Shown here piece by piece: positions 20,195 through 30,709 of a stretch of 61,999 nucleotides of DNA. Location of the stretch: NCBI GenBank assembly GCA_019058365.1, contig JAHPZE010000027.1:1-61999 (forward strand), given 5' to 3'. The position numbers and the translations under genes are program-made. The DNA is from Promethearchaeota archaeon (GTDB taxonomy: Archaea > Asgardarchaeota > Lokiarchaeia > Sigyniarchaeales > SOKP01). The notes beneath the pieces are model-generated. The model did no database searches. It was not told the origin of the DNA and worked only from the letters and a program-made list of their open reading frames with translations. Position 1 is the first letter of the stretch. Each line of letters opens with the position of its first letter.

Positions 20195-21388
20195 ATGAAC
20201 GACATCTATGACATAATAAAACGGTATCCATGGCTCCCTTCTTTAAAAGAGTATTATTCGGAAATTGCTTTAAAGGATCCAGCTGAATTTATTTCTGAAG
20301 TATTTTCAGAACAATTTGGAAATGAACTTAAACAACGAATATTAGAACTATTTAATGCTGCATTTGATAATTTGGAAGAAATTTCTGAATACAAGACTGA
20401 TAATTTAAACATTTACACTTATTTGTTATTAAAATTCTTACTTTATGCTTTAGATAATCAAATGATTACCAATAGACTTGCTAATCTTTATTCAAAAATA
20501 ACATATAATAAGCTAATTAAAGAAAAAAATCATTCAACAGTTTATGATATTTGTCAAAATTTAGGATTAAGAATAAGATACTATGATCCCCCTATTAAGT
20601 ATGGTAAGATTATTATAAAAGATCAACATCAAAATCTGGAAACCAATTTTATGGTTCATTTTATTGATTATTTGAAACTAGCCTCAAATTTAAGAGATGA
20701 ATATAGAAAATTAGTCCATAATTCTCTTTCCGATGGGTATTTATTCATTCAAAACAAAAGATTAATTCGTTTACTACAAGAATATGTAAGATCTAAACTT
20801 CTTATTAAAGAAACAGAGGATAAGGCTTCATTAAATGTATTTTTAGAAGATATATTAAAGATAAAAGAATTCAAAGAGATATATGATAAAATTTTAGCTG
20901 TTTGGACTGAACGTAAAGAAGAATTCGAATATATATTTAAAATAGATTTCGAAAATAATGAAGATATAATTACACTTTATCCTCCATGTGTAAAAGAAAT
21001 TCTTAGGAAAGCACAAGAAGGTCAAAACTTAATCCATAATGAAAGACTTTTTATTGTTTGGTTTTTACTTGCTCTTGATTATCCTGTAGAGAAAATTGTA
21101 CATGTATTTTCAACTTTACCTGATTTTGATAGAGAAAAAACATTTTATCAAGTCAATTTCGCGAAGAATAAGCATTATACTCCATATAAATGTTTAACTT
21201 TAAAATCTTTAAATTTATGTATGGCAGTGAGTTATAAAGATGAACTGTGTCTGACCGGTTATGGAGCAGAAGAACTAAGTGAAAGGAAAAAATTAGCTCA
21301 TCCCTTAGCATATACACAAATAAAGCAATATCGCGCCTCCAAATGGAAGAACTATATGAAAAAGGAATCGGAAAAAGAAAATGAGTAA
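20195..21388 (+). CDS. priL: DNA primase large subunit
   Basis: RYPWL, YPPCV..GQNLIHNERL, F..LPDFD..T.YQV, Y.PYKC..L...NLC..C Fe-S domain. Confidence 0.94.
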   Translation: MNDIYDIIKRYPWLPSLKEYYSEIALKDPAEFISEVFSEQFGNELKQRILELFNAAFDNLEEISEYKTDNLNIYTYLLLKFLLYALDNQMITNRLANLYSKITYNKLIKEKNHSTVYDICQNLGLRIRYYDPPIKYGKIIIKDQHQNLETNFMVHFIDYLKLASNLRDEYRKLVHNSLSDGYLFIQNKRLIRLLQEYVRSKLLIKETEDKASLNVFLEDILKIKEFKEIYDKILAVWTERKEEFEYIFKIDFENNEDIITLYPPCVKEILRKAQEGQNLIHNERLFIVWFLLALDYPVEKIVHVFSTLPDFDREKTFYQVNFAKNKHYTPYKCLTLKSLNLCMAVSYKDELCLTGYGAEELSERKKLAHPLAYTQIKQYRASKWKNYMKKESEKENE

Positions 21389-22658
21389 TATAGCATATTT
21401 AAAACGGTTATTTCAAGCATATTATAAGGAAAAACGAACCGAAATCCCTATAGTCAGTTTATTTGATAAACGAGAATTCGGCTTTATTCCATGGGGTGAG
21501 CAATTTTTTATGAAGAGACATATGAGTTTTAGTAATTTTGATAGTCTAGCAAAATATATTATAAATGAAGGACCCAGACATATTTATTCAAGTGGAACAA
21601 TATATTTACAGCCAGATAATACGGATATGAATAATAAAGATTATCAAGGCTGTGATTTAATCTTTGATATTGATGTAGACCATTTTTATACTCCCTGTAA
21701 AGATGATCATGATATTTGGTATTGTATTGAATGTGGTAATACTGGGACAGGTATGGTAAAGAAATGCCCTAAATGCAAAAAACTAAAATTAAAACAACTA
21801 ACTTGGATTTGTGATAAATGTTTAAAAGTTGCTAAAAAAGAGTTAATGAAGTTGATTTACAATTTTCTGATTCCTGATTTTGGAATTCCACTAAATCAAA
21901 TGAAACTTGCTTTTTCAGGACATCGTGGATATCATTTAAAAATAGAAAATGCAGAAGTGAGAACTTTATCGGGTGAAGAAAGAAGAGAAATTGCTGCGTA
22001 TGTATCAGGAAACAATATCTCTCTTGAGATTTTAGGTTTAAGAAAAATTAACAACGTTATTTATGGTTTATTAAGAGAAAATATTGGTTGGTCTCAAAAA
22101 ATTATAAATAAAATTGAAAAGATATTGCATAATTACACTGATGATAAAATCCGAAGATTATTAATTGATTTTGGATTGAAAGCCGATGCAATTAGAAGTT
22201 TTTTAAATTCCAAGGATGATTTTTTACAATCTATCTCACAAAATGATAATAATATATGGAATATCGAAGGTTTTGGACTTAAAACTTGGTCTACATTCTT
22301 AGAGGGGATTATTGGTATGATTGGGACAGAAATTGATGAACCCGTATCTATTGATATTCATAGACTTATTCGTTATCCGGGTTCATTGCATGGAAAAACA
22401 GGTTTTAAAGTCCAAGAACTTTACCCCGATGATCTCGATAATTTTAATCCCTTAAATGAGTGGAATGAAAAGTTAGATCCCGTTGTATTTGAAAGCAAAA
22501 AAAAAATCACCCAAAAGATAGAAATTATTGAAGCTAAAATACCAGCAACAAAAATTAAGGGGGAAACATTTGGACCTTACACCCAAGGAGAGAAAATTGA
22601 AGTTCCTCATCATATTGCTGTTTTTTTACTATGTAAAGGAGTAGCTAAAACCATTTAA
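21381..22658 (+). CDS. priS: DNA primase small (catalytic) subunit with Zn-ribbon insert
   Basis: REFGF, DLIFDIDVDH, FSGHRGYH, IDEPVSIDIHRLIRYPGSLHGKTG. Confidence 0.95.
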   Translation: MSNIAYLKRLFQAYYKEKRTEIPIVSLFDKREFGFIPWGEQFFMKRHMSFSNFDSLAKYIINEGPRHIYSSGTIYLQPDNTDMNNKDYQGCDLIFDIDVDHFYTPCKDDHDIWYCIECGNTGTGMVKKCPKCKKLKLKQLTWICDKCLKVAKKELMKLIYNFLIPDFGIPLNQMKLAFSGHRGYHLKIENAEVRTLSGEERREIAAYVSGNNISLEILGLRKINNVIYGLLRENIGWSQKIINKIEKILHNYTDDKIRRLLIDFGLKADAIRSFLNSKDDFLQSISQNDNNIWNIEGFGLKTWSTFLEGIIGMIGTEIDEPVSIDIHRLIRYPGSLHGKTGFKVQELYPDDLDNFNPLNEWNEKLDPVVFESKKKITQKIEIIEAKIPATKIKGETFGPYTQGEKIEVPHHIAVFLLCKGVAKTI

Positions 22659-22718
22659 GTTAAAAAATTTAAACTCACAACACTTTTTTATTATATAACT
22701 CTTAAAAATTCGATATTT

Positions 22719-23384
22719 ATGGATTTGCAAAAAGAATATGAAAAACTCTATCAACATTGGCTTAAAGAGTTCCAAAATACAGATCTAACTGAATTAAGTC
22801 AAGATACTTTCAATAACTACATAAAGATTTTAAATTTTATTAATGAGCATCAAGAAAAAGAAACGGATGCCATAAAGCAGCGTATATTTGATTCCTACAA
22901 AGATAATATAAATTATTTATTTAATGATCTATTGAAGATTAGAGAAATCAAGATAATAAACTCAGCATTAGCTCTACATGAAATTTATATCGATAAGGTT
23001 ATTGAATCTGAGAAATTGCTTTATGAAAATTTGGTAAGTTCTATTAAAGGATATCAAAAAGTATTAGCTATATCACTTTTTAAAGAAGATCATGTTCCAT
23101 CAGATATCTTGATTGAACCAAAAGCACAAGCAAAATCTGTTGTTGAAGATGAACCAATATTGAAAGAGGAAAGACCTTCTATTATTCTTGATTATAAAAA
23201 TAAAGATGATCAAGAAAAAGTTAATTATACACTTATAAGGTTTTTAAGAGCCACCCCGCCTTTAGTAGGTGTTGATCTTATAAATTATGGACCTTTCGGA
23301 GAAGAAGATATTGCAAATCTTCCCCAAGAAAACGCTAAAATTCTAATAATTGAAAAATTTGCTGAAAAAATAGAACTTCCTTGA
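22719..23384 (+). CDS. gins15: GINS complex subunit (Gins15/Gins51 type)
   Basis: Helical A domain, C-terminal B domain PPLVGVDLINYGPF..DIANLP..NA; follows priS. Confidence 0.85.
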   Translation: MDLQKEYEKLYQHWLKEFQNTDLTELSQDTFNNYIKILNFINEHQEKETDAIKQRIFDSYKDNINYLFNDLLKIREIKIINSALALHEIYIDKVIESEKLLYENLVSSIKGYQKVLAISLFKEDHVPSDILIEPKAQAKSVVEDEPILKEERPSIILDYKNKDDQEKVNYTLIRFLRATPPLVGVDLINYGPFGEEDIANLPQENAKILIIEKFAEKIELP

Positions 23385-23386
23385 CT

Positions 23387-23590
23387 TTATTTAAACTTCT
23401 TATCAAAATCTTCTTTAAAATATTCTAATCGATACTTCCCATATTTATCTATTAAAGAAAACTTTGGAGGTCTTGGATTCATTAACATCCCTCCACAATA
23501 ACGACACTTTGATCCAGGATTCTGTAATCCATATTTATTACAATTTTTACATTTTTGGAGGTATTTTGTCATTGTGAATACTACTTTCAT
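23387..23590 (-). CDS. nop10: H/ACA RNP protein Nop10
   Basis: KCKNC..Y.L..CRYCGG..PRPPKFSLIDKYGKYR; follows aIF2-alpha. Confidence 0.92.
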   Translation of the reverse strand: MKVVFTMTKYLQKCKNCNKYGLQNPGSKCRYCGGMLMNPRPPKFSLIDKYGKYRLEYFKEDFDKKFK

Positions 23591-23601
23591 ATTATAAATT
23601 T

Positions 23602-24423
23602 TTAATCTCGAATAAACTCAAACGTCCCATCATTTTTTTCTGCATTGTGTTCAATAATTTCTAATGCATCAGATAAAATATTTTCTGCATCAAGATAATC
23701 TTTTGAAACTATTTCTAATCGATAAAATGGTGCTGCAATATAATTGATTGTAATATTTCTTGTTTCCTTTGGTTCTATTATTTTTAATGCTTCTATTAAA
23801 GAATCTTTAATATGTTCTATCCCGTTTTCCGAAGTAAATGAAAGTTTTATCTTACCGGATATGTTTACAGTAGAAATACTTACATTTTCACTAATGATTC
23901 TTAATAAAGCTTTCTTTGTATCCTCTGTAATTCCATTTAAGTCAGACAAAAGTTCCTTTCCATTTTCTTTAAGGTTTTCAATAGCTTCTTGATATGTCTC
24001 GAAACGATCTAAAACTGGAAAACCAATTAATTCATATGCTTCCTCCAGAGTCATATTAATACCTTCTGTTTCTGTTAGGAATTGTAGTAAATTTTCAAAC
24101 TTTAAGGCGTATTTCCATTCCTTCATTCGAATCTCTTTTTGAGCTGAATTGACTCTTCGCAAAGATAAGTCCACATGCCCTTTATCTGCATCTACTCTTA
24201 ATACTCGCAGAACCACTCTTTGACCAATGCGAACAAAATTACGTATATTTTTAATCCACCGAGAGCTTATTTCAGAAATATGGATCATACCTCTAGCACA
24301 CTCCTCAGAATCCAAACCCTCGAAGTCAATTAAATCAACGTAAACGTATTGGTTTTCTACCTCAGTTACTTTAGCAATTACAAATTTACCTTCCTTTGGG
24401 AACTTTGTTTTACTTTTTACCAT
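23602..24423 (-). CDS. eif2a: Translation initiation factor aIF2 alpha subunit
   Basis: S1 domain GMIHISEISSRWIKNIR, VLRVDADKGHVDLSLRRV, YIAAPFYR. Confidence 0.96.
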   Translation of the reverse strand: MVKSKTKFPKEGKFVIAKVTEVENQYVYVDLIDFEGLDSEECARGMIHISEISSRWIKNIRNFVRIGQRVVLRVLRVDADKGHVDLSLRRVNSAQKEIRMKEWKYALKFENLLQFLTETEGINMTLEEAYELIGFPVLDRFETYQEAIENLKENGKELLSDLNGITEDTKKALLRIISENVSISTVNISGKIKLSFTSENGIEHIKDSLIEALKIIEPKETRNITINYIAAPFYRLEIVSKDYLDAENILSDALEIIEHNAEKNDGTFEFIRD

Positions 24424-24545
24424 TATTTTGACAAAACTCTAGTTAATTATTTAATTTTTATGAATTCTTAATTTTATTTAACGAACTATAATTTTTTATT
24501 TTTATTATCTTTCAAGAAAAAAAGTATATAAAAAGTGATTAACAA

Positions 24546-24992
24546 ATTCCTAATTGGTTTATTCATAATAAGTGGGCTAAAAAAGCGGGAATTAAAAAAA
24601 ATATTTCAGATTTAGTGAATAGAGCCGTTGATTATGGATTTAATTGGGTCTATTATAAACAAGACGAAATAGCTTTTGAAGTTAACAATGATAATATAAT
24701 TTTTCGTCAACTAAAGTATTTTTATGAGAAAGATAAAAATAAAAAAGGCTATATTAAAGCGCTTTATCTACATCATCTTTTAGATTTCTTTAAGGAAACA
24801 CATGTTAATATTTATGATCTCAATTTAGTTTTTGAAAAATTTCTACAAAATAAAATTATACTTGAAATTTCTGATGCTGAAGGTAAGAAAATAAACTTCC
24901 AAGAAGATCTGCAAGAGATATTCAAACTCTTAAAAGATAATAAAAAAGAATTGTATGAGGATTTAAAAGGAGAATATTTGGTTGATTTATAA
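24546..24992 (+). CDS. Conserved-looking hypothetical protein (P-x-W-x-x-H-x-K-W-A ... LHHLLD), apparent ATT start
   Basis: Track ORF 24615-24992 extends in frame to ATT 24546 (PNWFIHNKWAKKAGIKKNISDLVNRAVD); an in-frame TAA lies at 24540. Confidence 0.65.
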   Translation: MPNWFIHNKWAKKAGIKKNISDLVNRAVDYGFNWVYYKQDEIAFEVNNDNIIFRQLKYFYEKDKNKKGYIKALYLHHLLDFFKETHVNIYDLNLVFEKFLQNKIILEISDAEGKKINFQEDLQEIFKLLKDNKKELYEDLKGEYLVDL

Positions 24993-25019
24993 AATGTTAA
25001 AATCATAAAATAATAGATT

Positions 25020-26885
25020 CTAAAGATATTGTGAAACCCAATCTATATCCAATTCTTCTAATTTTGATTTTGTTGGGATTCCATCATCATCCCAACCCAT
25101 CATTTTATAATAATTAATTATCGCATTTTTAAGTTCATCTGGTTTAATTGCTGTTTCTACGAGGGCTCCTGAAGTATGAGGTTTGAAAAATCTTTCAGGT
25201 AACCAATCATCCTTTTTTGTAAGCGCTTCTCTCATATTGAAAGCTCTTGCCATCGTTGTAATCCTCTCTCCTACTTTCATTAATTCCCAAGTTGAAGTAT
25301 GCCATCCAGTCACAGCTCTTACAATTTCGGGTATATCCACATAATCCCACGGTACGAAATAGCACATTAATAAAGCATTCAACGAGTTCTGCCAATTAGT
25401 ATAATAAACCAATGCTCGAACCTTCTTTATTCCTAAATCATCGATCTTGAGAGGCTCTAAAATCCCAATAGCACTATGAGAAGCCATCGCTCTTTCACTA
25501 GCAATTGATGTATCATGCAAATTTGCCATATGTTCTGCTCCTGTAGGTGAGATTGTATAACCAACCCCTAATCCCTGCTTTAAGCGAGGTTCATGCATTG
25601 GAATCTCTTGGCCTTTAACATGCATAGCATACTTATCTGCTCCATTTTTTATCTTTTCCGCAGCTCTTTTAACACCTTCTGCTAAAATATCCCCTAAACC
25701 TTCACGTTTCGCAATCATCTCAACCATCTTAACTACGGCTTCAGCGTTTCCAAAATTTAATGCTATTCCATCTGTATCCTCATCTGTTAAGATTTCATTT
25801 TCATAACATTCCATCGCAAACCCAATTGAAACACCAGTAGATATGACATCTATTGAATATTTATTACAAAGTTCATTTGCTTTACACACAGCTCTTAAAT
25901 CATCTACACCACAATTTGAACCAAACGCACCAATTGACTCATATTCCGGACCCCCATATATTGGATCGACATTCCAAGGTTCTCCAATTTCCACAATCTT
26001 TTTACACCGAATTGAACAAGCATAACAAGCTTCCATTTTAAGTCCAATTTCTTCTTTCATAATACCGGGATCTAAAACCTTTGCACCCTTAAAATCTCCA
26101 TCTCTAAAATTTCGTGTTGGAAGATTTCCAGATGAAGCAAATTGTTCCATTATACCATATCCTGTACCATACTTAAAATAACCCGAAAAAGATTTATAAG
26201 CAACTTCATTAAATTCTTTTATTTTCGCTCTTAATTTCTCTTTATTCTTAACAGCAAATTTTTTATGCCCTCTAACAGCAATAGCTTTTAAATTCTTAGA
26301 ACCCATTACAGCACCCATCCCAGTACGACCAGCAGCATTTCTTAAATCATTTATAATACAAGCATAACGTACTAAGTGTTCTCCTCCAGGTCCAATCTGA
26401 GCTACACGGATTAATTTATCTCCCAGCTCTTTTTTAATAACTGCCTCCGTTTCGCCTGTAATTTTGCCCCAAAGATGACTCGCATCCTTTATTTCTACCT
26501 TACCATCATTTATCCACAGGTAAACAGGATTTTTAGCCTTTCCCTCTATTATTATTGCATCAAATCCTGCATGCTTTAACTCAGCACCCCAATACCCTCC
26601 AACTTCAGCTTCACCAAAACCCCCCGTTAAAGGTGATTTAGCACCAACACTGTTTCTCCCCGTTCCTGGTATCGCAAACCCAGTTAATGAACCTGCGGCA
26701 AATATTAACTTGTTTTCTGGACCTAATGGGTCAATCCTTGCTTTTAATTCCTTTAAGAGGTAATAGGCTACAAACCCCTCACCTCCAATGTATCGACGGT
26801 AGAAAATTTCTTCAGGATTTTCTATTAAGATTTTCCCATTTGTTAAATCTACTCTAAGAATATTTCCAGTATATCCATTTACCAT
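25020..26885 (-). CDS. aor: Tungsten-containing aldehyde:ferredoxin oxidoreductase family
   Basis: GYTGNILRVDLT, KSPLTG, GRTGMGAVMGSKNLKAI, C-x2-C-x3-C, GPEYE, DDWLPERF. Confidence 0.93.
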   Translation of the reverse strand: MVNGYTGNILRVDLTNGKILIENPEEIFYRRYIGGEGFVAYYLLKELKARIDPLGPENKLIFAAGSLTGFAIPGTGRNSVGAKSPLTGGFGEAEVGGYWGAELKHAGFDAIIIEGKAKNPVYLWINDGKVEIKDASHLWGKITGETEAVIKKELGDKLIRVAQIGPGGEHLVRYACIINDLRNAAGRTGMGAVMGSKNLKAIAVRGHKKFAVKNKEKLRAKIKEFNEVAYKSFSGYFKYGTGYGIMEQFASSGNLPTRNFRDGDFKGAKVLDPGIMKEEIGLKMEACYACSIRCKKIVEIGEPWNVDPIYGGPEYESIGAFGSNCGVDDLRAVCKANELCNKYSIDVISTGVSIGFAMECYENEILTDEDTDGIALNFGNAEAVVKMVEMIAKREGLGDILAEGVKRAAEKIKNGADKYAMHVKGQEIPMHEPRLKQGLGVGYTISPTGAEHMANLHDTSIASERAMASHSAIGILEPLKIDDLGIKKVRALVYYTNWQNSLNALLMCYFVPWDYVDIPEIVRAVTGWHTSTWELMKVGERITTMARAFNMREALTKKDDWLPERFFKPHTSGALVETAIKPDELKNAIINYYKMMGWDDDGIPTKSKLEELDIDWVSQYL

Positions 26886-27014
26886 ATAAATCCCCTATTT
26901 TTTAATTAATTTTTATTGTTATTTAGTTAAATTTCATGTTATTTATATTTCTTATCTGAATCAAATCTCTGTTTTCTATATAATGTTTAAAATGATAGTG
27001 GGTAATTTTACAGC

Positions 27015-27057
27015 TATAGAGAAAAAAAATATAAACTCAATAAGCTTTATAATTAAT
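27015..27057 (+). repeat. ~40-bp diverged direct repeat, copy 1 (copy 2 at 29121-29160)
   Basis: TATAG..AAAAAATATAAACTCAAtAAgcTTTAtAATTAAT vs TATAGtAAAAAATATAAACTCAAcAAcaTTTAcAATTAAT. Confidence 0.6.
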
Positions 27058-27272
27058 TTTGGTCTAAATCTGCAAATAAATTATCAAATTAATTAATTAG
27101 GTTTACATTCTCTTTTAAAATATCATAATGAATTTTGCTAATTTATAGTTTGAACTTTTGAACTTCACTCGAAGTCCAAATTTAAATCGAACAAATACAA
27201 ATTGAATTTTTTATTGGATATTTAGTTTTGATTTAATATCTAAATTCAATCTTTTGGATATTAATACTATAA

Positions 27273-28247
27273 ATGCAAACTAAGCGAAAGTTTAAAAGTT
27301 GTTTTATCAATACTTTTTTTGAAATCAAGATGAAAAAACTCATAAAATCAATTACATTATTTCTCATCTTAATTTTTCCCAGTCTAAATTTAATTATGCC
27401 TCAAAACTCTATTGCAAATCCAATTTATATTCCTGATGTGACATTTTCTGGCGGATTGTTACCTAAAGAAAATTATTCTCTTAGTTTAATATCTGCGAAT
27501 GTAGAAATCGTTGCAGATACCTCAGATTTGAAATTTCTTGGTGAAATACACTTTAATGGGAATTACACTATTTTTAACCCAGAAAATGATATTAATATAA
27601 CAATAGGCGCTCCATTCAATTTTTATCCTATAGATAATTGTACTGTTTTATTAAATGGTACAAATATTCCATTTACCCTAAAGAATGATGACGAACTTTT
27701 CGATGAAGACAATTGTGAAATTTTACAACAATATATGGTAAATAGAAATGAATTACCATATTTTAGGATATTCTGGGTTTTATGTAATGTATCAATTCCT
27801 AAAAATTCGTCAATAAGGTTAGAATATAAGTTTAATACCCCTAGACCTAAATCCACAGAGCTGGTAAAATACTTTTATATTATTTATGATGTTGGTACGG
27901 CACGTCTATGGAATGGAAATATAACAGAGGTGGTTGAAATAAAAGTGCACAGAAATTTTCCTACTTCTATTTTTAATGAAGATTTATGCAATACTACTAA
28001 TATTTCGAATGAAATATGTTTTCGATGGGAATGGTATAAAGAGCGAATTGAAGTTAATTATGTTGGACTTCATTATTATGTGGATTTATCGAATGAATAT
28101 GAGTATTTGTACAATTCTATTAAATTCACTCTTATTTTAGTCGTCAGCATAGTAGGTATTACTTTATTGATAATAAAGAGAAATTATAACATAAAAAATA
28201 AAAAAAAGTTATTTGGAAATAATAGAAATGAAGGATCACGAAATTGA
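27273..28247 (+). CDS. Exported protein with signal peptide and C-terminal TM anchor
   Basis: MKKLIK + hydrophobic stretch (probable true start at the internal ATG), YDVGTARLWNGNI, many N-glycosylation sequons, terminal TM + basic tail. Confidence 0.65.
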   Translation: MQTKRKFKSCFINTFFEIKMKKLIKSITLFLILIFPSLNLIMPQNSIANPIYIPDVTFSGGLLPKENYSLSLISANVEIVADTSDLKFLGEIHFNGNYTIFNPENDINITIGAPFNFYPIDNCTVLLNGTNIPFTLKNDDELFDEDNCEILQQYMVNRNELPYFRIFWVLCNVSIPKNSSIRLEYKFNTPRPKSTELVKYFYIIYDVGTARLWNGNITEVVEIKVHRNFPTSIFNEDLCNTTNISNEICFRWEWYKERIEVNYVGLHYYVDLSNEYEYLYNSIKFTLILVVSIVGITLLIIKRNYNIKNKKKLFGNNRNEGSRN

Positions 28248-28872
28248 ACCTGTGTATTGCCCAAGGTGCAGAAAAGGATTAGTGTCAATAGGATCGGTTT
28301 GTTCAAATTGTGGTTTTAAATTATCATATGAGGGCATCAAGGAGCTACACCTATATAATATTAAAAGTGCAAGAAAACTATCCACAGAAGAGTTAAAAAA
28401 AAAAATTATGAGATCAGGTTATTTAATTTCGGGGTTTACCTTACCTTTCCTTATAGGGCTCACTAGTATATGGAACTTTAATATACTCTATTTTCTTATG
28501 TATATTACACCATGGTCCTTTCTTTTTTTTCCTGGAGGATTTATAACATTTATCTTTGCTATTCTAGTTAATATCATTGGATTAAGATTAATATTTTTTT
28601 CAATTAGACCTAAATCTAAAGGATATTTTTTAATAATTTTTGGTTACTTTCTATTTACCATTTTTTTTTTAATACAAACCTCAATCAACTTCGACTCCGT
28701 TAGGAACGTTCTATTGTATTTAGTCTTTATAGATATTCCAATTCTAACTATGATAATATTCGGTATTTATAATATTTATAATTTTGAGAATAAAACTATA
28801 CCCGATATAATATGTTTCATACCAGTATTATTTTCTAACATTTTCCCTTACATTTTTTATCTTTTTCCTTAA
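28228..28872 (+). CDS. Zinc-ribbon membrane protein
   Basis: YCPRCR..CSNCG followed by ~5 TM helices; ATG at 28228 in frame with track ORF 28213. Confidence 0.65.
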   Translation: MKDHEIEPVYCPRCRKGLVSIGSVCSNCGFKLSYEGIKELHLYNIKSARKLSTEELKKKIMRSGYLISGFTLPFLIGLTSIWNFNILYFLMYITPWSFLFFPGGFITFIFAILVNIIGLRLIFFSIRPKSKGYFLIIFGYFLFTIFFLIQTSINFDSVRNVLLYLVFIDIPILTMIIFGIYNIYNFENKTIPDIICFIPVLFSNIFPYIFYLFP

Positions 28873-29120
28873 TTATCGTATATTAAATATTTGCTGAGAT
28901 ATAGTATAAAATATTGAGCTTCACAGCAAGTTGGAATTTATATTGATTTAATGTAGATTTTATGTATCTTTTTTTTTTCTCAATTAAATATTACACTCTA
29001 ATGATTATATTCAATTAATTATTCAGCGAACGTATTAGAATACTTAACTAAGAATGATCAATCTAAAGATCTATATTTATTCATGGTAATACTTATTAAA
29101 ACTCGATAATTTGGCTGAAA

Positions 29121-29160
29121 TATAGTAAAAAATATAAACTCAACAACATTTACAATTAAT
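29121..29160 (+). repeat. ~40-bp diverged direct repeat, copy 2
   Basis: Matches 27015-27057. Confidence 0.6.
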
Positions 29161-29215
29161 CAGGGTTTTGAGTTTCATTCTTTTTAGAAAACTTCCGATT
29201 AACTACTTCGACACT

Positions 29216-30709
29216 ATGTTTTTTGAGCCGAATAGTGAGCTTGATAACCCTAAGGAGAGCTTAGATCGATTACATTATGATGAAGAATTACACTCAACGG
29301 CAAGAGACTTTTTACGAGGGAAGAAATATAAAGGGTTCGATATAACTGTCGATGATTGGGTTAACTGGGAAGTACTAGCTTTACTTAAGGAGAAGTGGGA
29401 AAGCGGTGAAAAGATGAGTCAGCTAGAAAGAGTAATTAACGATGTTGCGGTGTTCTACATGGGTGGAAAAGATAAGGTCTCTGTCGCTGAGAAGGAAGAT
29501 GTATTGACAACCGAACAATTTATCGATTATCTTCTGGAAGAAATAAAGAAATTTGAACCAGATTTTAGGGAGCTTTCATTAACTCAACTAAGAATTGAGG
29601 TTAGTAAAATTATAAAAGATTCTAGTTATTTCTTAAAGCATGTTGTAGCTCGACTTAAGAATTCAAATGATATCAAGACTTATAATCCGAAATATACATT
29701 TTCAGAGGAGCTTCTAGATTTGTTTGGAGATAGATTGGAAGAGAAATATGGCGAAAGAGCAAAGACTTGTCTCAATATAATTGAAAAATATAGAGCTTCT
29801 AATGAGTTAAAGGTATATTCGAAGCAGCAATATCATTACCATAATCCAAATCTTGATAGTCGATTTTTTAGTAGATTAGACACAGAAGATAAAGGTTATT
29901 GGTTTGGGTTTATGCTATCTGATGGATCAATCACTCTTGGAAATGATGATATAGTTCGCTACCAGATAGCAATCGAATTGTCTATTAAAGATAAGGATCA
30001 GTTAGTGAGATTTTGTCAAACTGTAGGAATAGACCCCACGAAAATTGGTAAGAGAACACGAGAAATAGATGGGACGGAATATGAAGTGGCTTATATAGAA
30101 TTTACTTGTAAAGAAATGACTCAAGATTTGAGAGCCCTTGGATATTTTGAATTTAAAGAGGGTGGCAAGCTCCCTTCCTTTGAAGGTTTTACTTCTGACA
30201 TTCAAAGAGCTATTGTGTTAGGTGTTTTTGATGGTGATGGTATTCAAGGAACAAGTAAAATATCTACCACAAATGTACAATTTTTACACCAATTAAAAGA
30301 ATATTATGATATCAAATATGAAGTGAGAAAGAAAATTGATATCGATGCTGATTATATTAATAACAATCCTATAAGACCCACTAAGAATCTTTACAGTTTA
30401 TCCCTTGGAGCGACCTTATTTAACAGCCTTCTTAATAATTACAGGAATAGTATGAATAGAAAAAGAATCATATTAGATGAATATCGAGATAAGTATGATA
30501 ATTTAAAAGATTTAATTGGTAGTAAAGACCATTTACAAAACATGGTTAATAATTTCCCTAGGAGTTGGTTAGCTCGACACTTTAATTGTGATGTTAGAAC
30601 CTTAAATAAACTTTGCACTGAATGGGACATTGAACTACAAAAAAATGGTTTTTGGACATTTGATAAATTAGAAGAAGCTCGTGAGAAATTCGACAAATTA
30701 TTCAAATAA
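29216..30709 (+). CDS. Free-standing LAGLIDADG homing-endonuclease-like protein with N-terminal helical region and possible C-terminal HTH
   Basis: Two LAGLIDADG-like helices GYWFGFMLSDGSI and RAIVLGVFDGDG; IELSIKDKDQL; NVQFLHQLK; terminal RSWLARHFNCDVRTL; ATG 29216 in frame with track ORF 29168; no intein splice motifs seen. Confidence 0.8.
   Translation: MFFEPNSELDNPKESLDRLHYDEELHSTARDFLRGKKYKGFDITVDDWVNWEVLALLKEKWESGEKMSQLERVINDVAVFYMGGKDKVSVAEKEDVLTTEQFIDYLLEEIKKFEPDFRELSLTQLRIEVSKIIKDSSYFLKHVVARLKNSNDIKTYNPKYTFSEELLDLFGDRLEEKYGERAKTCLNIIEKYRASNELKVYSKQQYHYHNPNLDSRFFSRLDTEDKGYWFGFMLSDGSITLGNDDIVRYQIAIELSIKDKDQLVRFCQTVGIDPTKIGKRTREIDGTEYEVAYIEFTCKEMTQDLRALGYFEFKEGGKLPSFEGFTSDIQRAIVLGVFDGDGIQGTSKISTTNVQFLHQLKEYYDIKYEVRKKIDIDADYINNNPIRPTKNLYSLSLGATLFNSLLNNYRNSMNRKRIILDEYRDKYDNLKDLIGSKDHLQNMVNNFPRSWLARHFNCDVRTLNKLCTEWDIELQKNGFWTFDKLEEAREKFDKLFK

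Noticed and set aside
29216-30709. LAGLIDADG ORF as part of an intein or group I/rRNA intron
   Set aside because: No host gene flanks it, there are no N-terminal Cys/Ser or C-terminal His-Asn splice motifs, and no rRNA is nearby.
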